DNA of 63,867 nucleotides, counting the filler, from Dugesia japonica (lineage: Eukaryota), in NCBI GenBank assembly GCA_001938525.1. It is 5 parts of 5 records of this genome, joined end to end, with 100 filler letters (N's around TTAATTAATTAA, not from the genome) between each part and the next. Parts side by side here need not be neighbours in the genome. Positions count along the whole stretch, not along the records: positions 1 to 13,305 come from MQRL01640624.1; 4 more parts are not named here. One strand, given 5' to 3'. The position numbers were made by a program, and so were the translations under genes. The notes beneath the pieces are model-generated. The model saw nothing but the letters and a program-made list of their open reading frames with translations, was not told where the DNA came from and ran no database searches. Every line of letters begins with the position of its first letter. Position 1 is the stretch's first letter. Shown here piece after piece: positions 1 to 12,100 of the stretch.

Positions 1-32
1 CTCAAAAAAGTTTGGACAACACTGTCATAGAG

Positions 33-67
33 AGTTCAATATTTCGGCTAAGCCTTCTTCAGGAACT
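33..67 (-). ncRNA. Minimal type-I hammerhead ribozyme (Penelope/retrozyme type)
   Basis: Minus strand reads AGUUC-CUGAAGA-A-GGC-UUA-GCC-GAAA-UAUU-GAACU: intact core, 3-bp stem II, 5-bp stem I, palindromic AAUAUU at stem III. Confidence 0.75.
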
Positions 68-594
68 ATTGCTCAATTAATCATAGATAAAATAAAAGCG
101 ACAATAATTTAATGTATAGAAAATTTGAAAAAATAATCTGAAATAATATTAAATGCAATTTATAATTTTATTAATAAGATGAAACACCGATACCAGTTTG
201 ATAAAATAAAATAAGTAAACAAAATAATACGATTCGTGCAAAACTATTGCATAAATCATAATGGTTTCTAGAAATTAAATACAAATTTTCTTAATAATAT
301 TTCTATATTCTTTGCAAGTCTGTGTTACAATAGAAATCCAATACTTATTAACCATTAAAATTGTCGATTAGCTCATTTGTGAATTTGCAGAAGAATAAAA
401 TTTTATTTTATTTAACGCAAAAATATTTCATTTAAGTTTATTCGTTTTCACATTTTTCAAATTTTATTCTTCAATAAGTTTTTTGATAAATATCATGTTT
501 TGGTGACTTTCTGGCAAAGATATCCAACAAGATTCGTTTCTACATAGCCAAGACAACTCAATCCATTCTCACAATTAAATGAATGAAAATTTTT

Positions 595-1775
595 TTTTAA
601 TTCATAATAATTATATTGATTAAAATTATTTTAATTTATATTGATTAAAATTATTTTAATTTATATTGATTAAAATTATTTTAANNNNNNNNNNNNNNNN
701 NNNNNNNNNNNNNNNNNNNNNNNNNNNNNNNNNNNNNNNNNNNNNNNNNNNNNNNNNNNNNNNNTTGATGAAAATTATTTGTATCCTGAATTTATTATTT
801 ATAAATTTATTATTAATTATATTGATTTAAATTATTTTAAATTATATTGATTAAAATTATTTGTATCCTGAATTTATTATTTATAAATTAATTATTAATT
901 ATATTGATTGAAATTATTTTTATTGGATAAAATTATTATAAATTATATTGATCAAAATTATTATAAATTATATTGAAGAAAATTATTTGTATCCTGAATT
1001 TATTATTTATAAATTTATTATTAATTATATTGATTTAAATTATTATTAATTATATTGATTTAAATTATTATAAATTATATTGATTTAAATTATTTTTATT
1101 GGATAAAATTATTATAAATTTATTATTAATTATATTGATTTAAATTATTTTAAAATATATTGATGAAAATTATTTGTATCCTGAATTTATTATTTATAAA
1201 TTTATTATTAATTATATTGATTGAAATTATTTTAAATTATATTGATTAAAATTATTTGTATCCTGAATTTATTATTTATAAATTTATTATTAATTATTTG
1301 ATTGAAATTATTTTATTGGATAAAATTATTATAAATTATATTGATTTAAATTATTTTAAATTATATTGATGAAAATTATTTGTATCCTGAATTTATTATT
1401 TATAAATTTATTATTAATTATATTGATTTAAATTATTTTTATTGGATAAAATTATTTATAAATTTATTATTAATCATTTGATTGAAATTATTTTTAATGG
1501 ATAAAATTATTATAAATTATATTGATCAAAATTATTATAAATTATATTGAAGAAAATTATTTTTATCCTGAATTAATTACTGATAAATTTATTATTATTT
1601 ACATTGATTTAAATTATTTTAATTTATATTGATTAAAATTATTTATATCCTGAATTTATTATTGACAAATTTATTATTAATTATTTGATTGAAATTATTT
1701 TTATTGGAAAAAATTATTTTTATCCTGAATTTATTATTGGATTAAATTATTATTCATTTTATTAATTAAAATTAT
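595..1775. repeat. AT-rich tandem satellite with ~25-bp subunits and higher-order structure
   Basis: Recurring TTATATTGATTAAAATTATT units interleaved with GTATCCTGAATTTATTATTTATAAAT and TTGGATAAAATTATT units. Confidence 0.9.
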
Positions 1776-2343
1776 TTTCTCTTGATAAGCCAAACTTGTT
1801 CAAACCTCCCCTTCCCGATTTTATGGACATAATTAATAGACGCCTCCAAAAGTAATTATATTAATACTCGTAACACTGTTCCATTGTTATAATAACAATC
1901 AATACACCCCACAAATATCCTATTTAATCACTTTATATTTGCAAAAACCCAAAGTTTCACCGCATAATTATAATTAATTCAAGAAAACCACAACTAATTT
2001 TAATTGATTTACTAATATAAATCAATTTTTATCAGTAGATTTCAAAGTTCAATAAACTAGTTTCTAGTTACCAAGTTACGCTTATAAATCAGTATGGTAA
2101 CCGAATGTAAATATCAACTCTGTTCCATTAATAGTCAAACAATGACGTCGATAACCAATCATAACTTAATGTTAAAATATTAACGGGTGTTTACCGCCGA
2201 TATACAATTATAATCAATTAATTCTAATATATATATTATTAAATAATTTTAAACAATAGATATTAAGGAAAGAATGTCGAATTTATATTAAATTTAAAAT
2301 TTTCAGCAAAAGACAAATAATTTAAAAAAGAAACAAATATTAC

Positions 2344-2785
2344 CCATTAAATTGACTTTTTTATGACATTGAAAACATCGATTTAATTTCTTTTGTTGAA
2401 CTGAAATATCAGCAATTTCTTTAGAATTAACATTTGTAGGCAAATCTATAATTAAAATAAAAGCTATTTCGATATATTGCCGGATAATCAACCTGAAGAT
2501 AAAGACTTATTTGATTCACAGATAGCTTCTTTTATAATACATTTAGTATCCATAAGTGTTGCAAGTTTTTTATCGTTTTCATGAGGAACTTCATATGTTA
2601 AATAAATAGATTCAAATTTTAATATTACTATTACTTTTCGTTGTTTCGGCAAAACATCTATTTGCTGACTCTTTTTCGAGATTCTTAAAACATTTTGAAC
2701 AACGACCTCCAAAATTATGATGCCCAAAAAATCCACACCCAGACTTACATGGTTTCGGAAGTTCTTGATTATTTTCTCCTTCCAT
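2344..2785 (-). CDS. A20/AN1 zinc-finger protein (ZFAND5/6-like), exons 1-3; C-terminal AN1 exon not found
   Basis: Exons 2785-2635, 2588-2493 and 2445-2344 joined by 46- and 47-nt GT-AG phase-1 introns give MEGENNQELPKPCKSGCGFFGHHNFGGRCSKCFK (A20 finger) ... KKLNRCFQCHKKVNLMG (start of AN1 finger). Confidence 0.88.
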
Positions 2786-4198
2786 ATTATATCTAAAATA
2801 TATATTACTATTATATTTCTTTAATATAAAAATCCTAAGTGAATAAAAGCATCATAATTCATTATAGTTATTTAAATTACATAATAAAGTACAAAAATTT
2901 GAAAATATTAAACATTTCATTATAAACAGCTGTTGTGTTTTAAAATGTCGAGAAAATATTTATTATTATATAGCGTTGAAACAAAATTAACAGATTTAAA
3001 CAAGTTGATGACGAAAAAGGCATAACATTTTAATTAACAAAAATTAAATAAAAGTATACTTTTTTTTAATAATTTTACATGTCTTTTATTTCCCATTAAA
3101 GATCTATTCAATTAATAATTTTAAATTAAAGATTTTAACCTGTTTTGGTTAAACTAATATTAATTTAGGTATAATCTAAAGAGCGTTACATATAATTCAG
3201 GAAATATTTTCTGCTGTTTTATATTAATCATTTTTAATATTTTTACTATTATAATTATTTCTAAAATAATTACTGAACTTTACAATAGACCTCATAAAAT
3301 TTCATTAAATGAAAAGTATAATTCCAAAATATTCTTTTATACTATTCAAATACATCTTCATTTTATGTAAGCCTTTAAATTCATATATAATATACTTGGT
3401 ATTCGGGTGGAAATATTAATTCGGAGGAGAACTAATATTGCCTGTTAATAATTTCATGGGAAAAGCAAGATAATTTTTAAAAAAATTTCATTTTATGTCA
3501 ATAGACTTTACTGATTTCTTATTTTTAAAGTGAAAGAAGTAAAAAAAGATATCTAATTTAAAATATGGGAATTTATTTAAATTTTTTCTTAAGTCTTAAA
3601 AAGTATTTTTCATAAAGTTCTTTGTTTGTTAATGGATTTTATCTCTCTAAATTTATTGAAACTTTCAGGTTCTTCTTTAGTTTGAAGAAAATGTAATAGT
3701 TTTTTAAGCAAATAATGAAGATTATGAAAGAGTCTTTATACGAAAACTTTAACATTTAGAAAATTTTTAAGATTTTTAATATTAATAGGTATTTACTATT
3801 TTGATTTTAATTCTGAAATCAGAAAAAAAAATAATTATTTTATTTTACATAATTTTATGAATTTATTTCATTTTATATTTTACAAAAATTAATAGCATTA
3901 AATAAATCAAGAAGTCTACGGTTGATAGCTCTGGTAATAAAAGTTTTATAATTAAACCTAATTTTGTTTTTACGAGAATTTGATTTAACACGATACAAAA
4001 AATAATTATGTGAAATCAAATTCATGTTGAATCAAATCTAATCGTGTTATAAAGCGTAATAGGCTTTTTGAATATCTTTAAATTAATTTCCATATAAACA
4101 GAGACATCGAAATTTGAAATAACGTTGTTTGAATAATACGAATTAAATTTATAATTTATATTTACTAAATAATCTGAGCACTTAGTTATTCTTCAAGT

Positions 4199-5187
4199 AT
4201 GATGGAGGACAAGGATATTGTAACTGGCGACCACGTCAGGACTGTGCATGCGGTGACAAGGCAACATCATTAACAGAAAACAACTTTAGATGCATTACTA
4301 AAAAGCGCAAGAAATAATAAATTTTAAGGTCAGAAAATATGATGGAAAATTTGCAGAAGAAGCATCAAAATGGTTAAAGAGTATTGAGGAGTTGACTATC
4401 ATTAACGATTCCAATTTGTTGAATATCTTTGATTTACTATTGTCAGATGAAGCAGATATTATTGAGAAAGATTTTAAAAAGATTGAGATTACAACGGAGA
4501 AAGTCAAAAGATAGTTCACGGAAACATTTATGATTAAAAAAATCGTTTTCGGAGCTTATTTTAAAATAAGCAATGGCAAAACAAGAGACTGAAGAAAGGT
4601 TCTCAACATTCAAAATCAGGGTAAGAAATCTGATAGATAATTTCATGAATTCAGGACTAAGTAAAGATGAAATATGCAAAGGTGAAATGAAGTTGAAATG
4701 TGCAAAGTTGAGGGAAACATTGACAACACGTCCTAATATCAAGATCACGGAAATGAGATCACTAGCAAAGATTTATGAGGACAAGGAACATTAAGAACGA
4801 AACGCCGAAAAGGAAGATACCTGTATGATACAAAAAAAATGAGTTCTGCAAATGTAGTGAAACCCATACATAAATAGAGTGAAATAGGATAGATAGAAAA
4901 TAGGTGTAAATAATTTATCAATACAAAGAGCATATGATTAGAACACTCAACCAGCGATGATGGAAGATAGAACACGGGATGAGGCCAAAACTGCTAGTAT
5001 CGATGAAATATTTGGCAAGATGTTATTTTAATAGACAGAGGCAGACCTTTTTCAATGTGAAGAGGAAAAGGAAGTGGTAATAACGTATGGATCCAGACAT
5101 TTGACCGCTCATGAAAAAAGGTACTGTATGACAAAGAAAGAACTATTAGTTATACACAAATTTGTCCAATAATTGTAGCAATATATG
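4199..5187 (+). mobile_element. Internally deleted Ty3/gypsy remnant (gag N-terminus joined to an RNase H fragment)
   Basis: Gag-like frames with stops; about 5065-5170 encodes EKEVVITYGSRHLTAHEKRYCMTKKELL (gypsy RNase H); the 5' part is homologous to 34173-34470. Confidence 0.75.
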
Positions 5188-5654
5188 TGTTGGGGTGAAA
5201 CACCTGAATAAACGAAGTAAAGTAAGAAGGGACCCCGGAATGATAAATAAATAAAGATATAATGAAAGAATAATGCAAGACAACGAGATAGTGTAGCAAT
5301 TAATAATAATGCCTAGTTAATTATGAAAGATAATAATAACAAATAATTAAATTGAATCTAGTTGGGAAGAAAATTGGAAAATTATAATAAACAAAATGGA
5401 AAATAATTAAGATCAGTAAACGAAAGGATTATGATCAGCTATTATTAATAAAAGTCTGAATTATATTAAATTCATTTAAAATTAAAAGAAATAAAATTTG
5501 AAAAAATAAAGAAAATATTAATTAATAAGTACAAATAAAGAAAGATCATTTAACAGAAAAATACAAAAAAAACAGGTTTCAACAAGCACAATCCAATTTT
5601 GTTAAAATTAAAAAGATAACGCCGTCAGGGAGTTAGGAAAGGGTCATAAAGATC

Positions 5655-5835
5655 GGACCAATAAGAGATCAGAAAAAATACGAAGAACGAAGGCATAAGA
5701 TGGTTACTTAAAATAACCACCAATAAGAGACAAAGAAAATTTTAAAGCAAGAAACCAATAGAAAAGTAAAGAAAAATTTTAAAATAGTTGGCCAATCACA
5801 AAGGAGTCGTGGTGCAATCAAAATGGCATAAAAAC
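5655..5835 (+). promoter_or_regulatory. CCAAT-box array with TATA-like element (putative U3 promoter)
   Basis: CCAAT at 5658, 5720, 5755 and 5792, followed by CATAAAAA near 5827. Confidence 0.55.
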
Positions 5836-6662
5836 CCCCAGAAAATTAGGACAAAAAGTCAGATGTTAATTCGAAATTTTAGCGAGTCATTAGCCGAAAT
5901 TTTAAATGAAGAAAACAGTGTTAGTAAAGGATTTCATTACTATTATCTGAAAATCCATTGCAGAAAATAACAAGAAATGTAAGGATGTGTTTAATTTTAT
6001 CTAAATGTAATCTTATGTACAATTATTTAACTTGATCTGACAATAAACAGAAAGTTTTGACTTAAAGTATATTTTTATGTGAAGCCGTTATTCATTCTAC
6101 ATAAATTAGTCACTTCTACTAAAAATTTATCAGATCGCGAGAGCAATGAGCAAATAATTTTTGGCCATTTGAACCAACATGCTAACTCAGTGACAGCATC
6201 TATCTCACCACTCGACTGTTTATCTGCCGTTATCATCATACCGCATCATGACGAAATTGTCAGTCACCCAATTCAAGTTTCCGATTACTACCACCACGAT
6301 GAAATTGCTTTCATTTCTAATATCATTAACCACAGTGGGGGATTTATTGCCAAACAAGTTTGCTTCTATTCCTGGTAACTAATGATTCTCACAAACGATT
6401 GAATGAGACAACTCCGTAAGTTCATCAGGGCACACCAACATTAGTATTATTATTATTATCTTTACTAACATTATATTATTATCATGATTATTATTATTGT
6501 TATTATTATTATTATTATCTTAACTAAGCTTATTACTACTGTCATTATTTTTATTACCTTTATTAATATTAATATTATTATCATTGATATTATTATTGTT
6601 ATATTGTTATTAGTTCCCAAAATTATTAATAATATTCCCAGTTATTACCCTCAAAGTTGATC

Positions 6663-8569
6663 ATGACCTTTGTCACTCTTCCTGTCAAAAAGAATATATG
6701 GCATTTGAAAAAATTATGCTGACTGGGACTTAACAGACAATGTAAGTGATATTTTCTCTTTATCTCTTGTAGTCAATTTTCATTCTTATTAAGAAGGGGA
6801 ACACTCCAAATTATCACGACTCTCCTCCCCACAATAAAGTTGCATTAAATACGCTGTTCTCTAATCCTTGTTACGGCATTGAATTTTTAACTTACCTTTC
6901 TTTTAGTGAATCCAACCACAAATACAACTACGAACTGGAAGCTGTATAGATTAGACGACGGGCTCAAGAAGGATAAACATGTAACCCACCCACAAAATCT
7001 GTGCATTGGAAGTTTAGTATACAATTCAAATATGTCCCCTGCAGAGCAAAGAATTAAGCCGACAGAGGATAAATATAAGCGGGATTTTGGCAAATTCTGG
7101 CACCTAGGATATGCTTATTTTCCCGATCTACCTTCATCACCACAGTCGTCGTATACAGCGGAGTATGAATTAAACCCAGGGCACGAGAGATATACCATAT
7201 GACATTACCTTAAATTTTAATTTGTGTTAATTTTTCGAATAAACTAGTGATTAGATAAACTAACTTCCCTTGATTTGATTACCGATTTACAGCCACTTTT
7301 CGTAGAATCTAATTTGTTATTAATATCTTCTTTTGTTCGTTGTAGTGTCGCAATATGGGTGGCGGATTTATGAGGACGTAAATGACCGTACGGTTTTCCG
7401 TCGTGTAAATAATCCCTACGAGAGAGATGCAAGTATCCTCGTCAACCGCTCCAATATGCCACCTGTCAATCAAGAGCACCTACGCCGTGCAGACAAAGCT
7501 GAGCGTTAGCTCTACTTATTGACCTGCTCAGGGAACACAAGTAGTTAGAGTTCCCTCAAATCCAGCTTTCCCCAACTCGTCATCCGATGATAATTTTGAG
7601 AACTATTAGATTTGTCGATATAATTAATATAGCATATTCTTTGAATCTGGTACTTTTCACTTATAGAAAGCCATAGATCATTTGTGCCATTTGATCATTC
7701 ATAACTATTTTTCTGTTTCAGTGAATTCTTCACGTTCCAGATTGGTCGCACAAATAAAAAGTTACGAATAAAAGGTGATGAGAAAGAGATGTCCTGGTGT
7801 CTTTACAGCTGAGCCAAGCTTAATTTTGAAGCAGACATAGGGGCCGAGAAGATGAAAAATTGCGTATATAAAAAACGGTGTAATGAATATCGTGTGAGGC
7901 TTATTTCTCTCACACGCAGAAGCGTGCCTGGAAAGAACAGCTCGTATCTTTCGGCGACATAATCTGGTCTTTACATGACCGTGAAAATCAACTGGTCAAT
8001 GACATTGTAAACCTAAGAAAGAGAATTCCATTAGACCCATTACTGATTGATAAGGCAACTCAGATGCGAAATTGAATTTGCAGTTTTGTATTATTATCTA
8101 TAAATAAAGTTTTTCTCTTTAAAATTGAGTAAATAATACAATTTTCTACTTAATGGTTTGAAATCTTGAATGTGTGAATAATACGTAATTTATCTTCTTA
8201 CTTTCAGTGACTTGAATCCGGTTACCTAGAAGCCTTCGGCGGTGTCACAAATTATTACAACAGTTTCTTTTAGAACGACACTACACTAAAAGATGTGAAC
8301 GGACTCTACTGTGCTACATCTCCCAAAAGAATTGTCTGATCAAGAAAGTGGAACTCGTCTCCAAAAAAAAACTTGAGATCGCCAAACGAACAGCGAATCA
8401 GTTATTTAATAAGTTCAACTTTTTGACCCAGTGCATCCCTGATTTAGCAGCTCGTCATAGTATAGAAGCTTTAGAATGTTAGAATAGTGATGACGATGAG
8501 GCCGCATTCGACTTCACGAATGACGTGCCGATCTAATGGGATTGAACCGAGACTTTTGATGTTTTATAA
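6663..8569 (+). pseudogene. LTR-borne accessory gene: leader exon 6663-6741 plus alternative terminal exons A1 6907-7202, A2 7346-~7510, B 7722-8075, C 8208-8569
   Basis: Donor T|GTAAGT at 6741/6742 (phase 1); four pyrimidine-rich acceptors, all AG|TG and phase 1; AATAAA at 7238, 8103 and 8569; scattered premature stops. Confidence 0.7.
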
Positions 8570-9167
8570 ATAAATCTTGCTACGTGTCGTTCTGATTAGT
8601 TATCTTGCTTACGGAATTTAAGGGGAATTTTGAACCTGAATCAAAGGCATGCAAGCATGCACTCAAACTACGGGTTATGAGTAGTTAGCAATTAGTTTCT
8701 GTATAGATATTACATTAATAAGATTCATTTTAGAATTTTTAATATTATTAGTGTGAGTTTGTTTTGAAAATCGAGTTGAAATTTTTGTGTAATTGGTGAT
8801 CTTATTTTTGAAATCTTTTATTTAAAAGAAAAATTTAAATTATTGATGAAAAATTTAAATAACAAATATTTCGTTTAATAATATATTAAAATTTTTGACT
8901 AAAATTGGCTACTTGAGATGACCATTGAATAATAAAGTAAAATTTTTAATACATGAAATTTTTAACGTGAACGAAAATTTGGTCTTAAATTTTATATAAA
9001 TAAATGAAATATTTTTTAAATAAATTAAATTAAATTAATTTTAAATAAATAAAATTTTCGATTTAAGATTTTAAAAAATGATCACCAATGAAAACACGGG
9101 ATTTTAATTTGTTTGAATAAACAAATAGTGTTAAGTATAGTTTTTATTTCAAATAAATTTTACGGAG

Positions 9168-12100
9168 TTGAATTTTGATGTTGATAATGCGATGAGTTCT
9201 CCAAACTCATCTAACATGGTGGCAGCAGTAAACACTGATGTGATCACAAAAGGATTGTGGCCAAAAATAAACTTCGGGGCAAAGAACATCTTTGTTAACG
9301 AAGATCAGGAACGTTGGATAACATGTTTGCTTAATGAAGATTTAATGGAAGCATATGTGAAGACATTGAAAAAAGTTGATAGATATCGAGAGAGATTGCA
9401 ATTAGCTTTTGAGAGCAAGAGAGACATAATAAAAGATTTACAGAATCTTGTAAGCTATCGAGGTGGTAATGAAAAACTCGATGTGTTTTTTTAAAAAAGT
9501 GAAAGATTTTGTCGATAAATCTACAGCAAATGGCAAACTGACGAAAGAAAAACTCTTATCAAAAATGCTTATAATTTGTGCAAATAGTTAAAAAGCAGAA
9601 GAAGAGATTATCATGCAAAAAATTGGAGAAAGTAGAAGACTTAAAAGAAACGCTATCATTAGTTGAAAAAATAGAAAGAAGAGAGCCTATTGACGTACTA
9701 AAGAGTTGCGCAAGTGTAACACGTTGAGAACGTACTGGAGAGAGGAGACAAAATATGGAGAGAATTACTAGAAGAACGGAACCACAGTGTTGGACATGCC
9801 AGAGTTATTTGCATACAAAAAAAGATTGTCTAAAAAATTCTTAAGTGGAATGTTTGACTTGCTACAAGAAAGGACATTTAAGTAGAAATTGTCCAGACAA
9901 GATAACCACCAAAATGTTTCGAGTGTGATAAGATTGGTCATATCAGAAGCATTGTATGTGGTAGATGTAAAAGACCGGATCACAGAGCAGAAGAATGTTA
10001 TTCGAACATTAATAAACCTAGACTAGAAGAGAGAAAATACAATTTTAGAAGCGGACAACAAACAAAATTTTGGAGTCAGACAAAACCAATTCATGCCATT
10101 CGAGAAGAATTTGATGACGAAAATGAAGAGTGATTTTCTGAGAACATAATAGAAAATGATGATCCAAGAAGAGAATACCCAAAAGGCATGGCTCCGTTAG
10201 TAGAGGAGTTGGTTGGAGCCATCCATTAAACGGGATACCGCTTGAATATCCTCAAGAGACCGAGAAATGGAAGTTGGCGAAAAAGTTTACAGATTCCTAA
10301 AAAGAGAAAGTTTCAATGATGCGGCAGTTAACAAGGCAGAAATGATAGGAATAATTGAAGAGAAACATAATGCAGAAATTTCGTATGATAAAATGCAAGG
10401 GAGATCCAGCATTTCAGTGATGATCAAGGGTGAACAGATTGATTGTTTGTTGGATACAGGAGCAAGAATAAATGTGATGAGCATGAAAGGATTTAAAAGA
10501 CTCGGAGAAACANNNNNNNNNNNNNNNNNNNNNNNNNNNNNNNNNNNNNNNNNNNNNNNNNNNNNNNNNNNNNNNNNNNNNNNAAGTTGTAGTTTTAGAG
10601 GTGTGCAAGGAAGTAACATTTATAATAGTAGAGAAATTAATACCAGATCTAATTGGTTGAGTGGAATTTCAGAATATTTTTGGGTATCATCTTCAAAAAT
10701 AGTGAAGGGTAGACTTAAATAATCATCATCAATAATCATCGAGAAAGATTTGTTTGCAACATCGAGACAAAATTTGGAAGGCAGATACAGACCGGTGAAC
10801 GATTGATACATGCAATGGAGATTCTAGAAATTAACAAAGATCATCGATTGACTGTGATTATTCAGTATAATAAAGATGTATTCATGGCAGATAAATGAGA
10901 CATTGATTGCACACATTTAACGAAGCATCAAATAATCACTAAAGGAGGTCCAATCAACATAAAACCGTATCGTCAATCAATGAATCTAGAAGAGAAGATT
11001 GAAGAGGCCATAAAGAATCTATATGATAACGGTTTCATCTGGATTTGTACTTTTTAATGGAATACGCCATTAATCTGCGTTTGTAAAAATAAAAAAAGGA
11101 TTTACGATTATACTTAGACTTTAGACAGCTCAATGCAATAACTGAAAGACAAGCGTTTCCTATACCAAATGTGGACGAAATGCTGGATGCTTTGGAAGGT
11201 ATGCAGTATTTTAGCTCAATAGACTTTGGAAATGCATACTATCAAGTGGAGCTTAGTGAAGATTTACCAAACAAGGGTAATTTTATTTCAATAGAATGCT
11301 TTTTGGAATTGCAGCAGCATCAGGTACGTTCCAGGAAATGATGAATAAAGTAATCGGAAAAATAAAAGGATCGATGGTTTATCCAATCGATATTCTCACA
11401 TTTACCGAAACAAAGTAGCAACACTATGAAATAGTCAATAAAGTATTGACAGAAATTAAGAATGCTGATCTAAGAGTTAATCAGAAGAAATGTCAATTGA
11501 TGCAAAAGAAGATCAAATTTTTGGGACACGTTATTAATAAAGAAGGTGTCAAAACAGATCCAACTAAAATAGCAGCAATTTAGAACTTTGGTAAACCAAA
11601 ATGCATTAAGAAGATGAGAAGCGTTTTGGGAATTTGCAATTACTATTGAAAATTTATTAAACATTTTCCGAAAAAATCTAGATTGCTGGAACAACTGTGT
11701 AGGGGGCCAAGTAACAAGAAAATTGAATGGGCGAATGAATTAGAAGAAGTTTTTAATAGAATGAAAGAAGCAATAATGATGTTTCCAATATTATGTTTTC
11801 CAGCTATAAATAGAGGATTTATTTTGGACACGGAGGCGAGTTTCGATACGATTGGGGCAGTACTATCTCAAAGAGACAGCAATGGGCAAGAAAGAGCAAT
11901 TGCATATGTGTCACACGCAATGACGAGTCATGATAAAGGATATTGTACTACACGGAAAGAATTACTCGCAATATACTACTTTTGTATTCATTTCAAACTT
12001 TACTAATATGAGAAGAGATTTATCCTCAGAACAGACCATAAAGCTATCACTTTTATGCTAAATACCAAGGAACCGATAACATCACAGTTTCAAACTTGGA

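Larger units (their letters stand above)
5188..8680 (+). mobile_element. Long (>=3.5 kb) LTR-like element, copy 1, carrying a spliced accessory gene cassette; 3' end truncated
   Basis: Starts abruptly with TGTTGGGG inside a gypsy RNase H remnant; CCAAT cluster; ATT-rich tract; protein-level homology to 59743-61770 on the minus strand, which ends in ...CTCCAACA. Confidence 0.7.

Noticed and set aside
595-1775. CRISPR-like periodicity
   Set aside because: No unique spacers, eukaryotic context, no cas genes; simple satellite.
8680-9167. Long LTR as the 5' LTR of the adjacent gag-pol
   Set aside because: Its CCAACA end is missing and no clean PBS junction is visible; the related gypsy at 41430 has a different LTR start (TGTGATT). 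Left unresolved.
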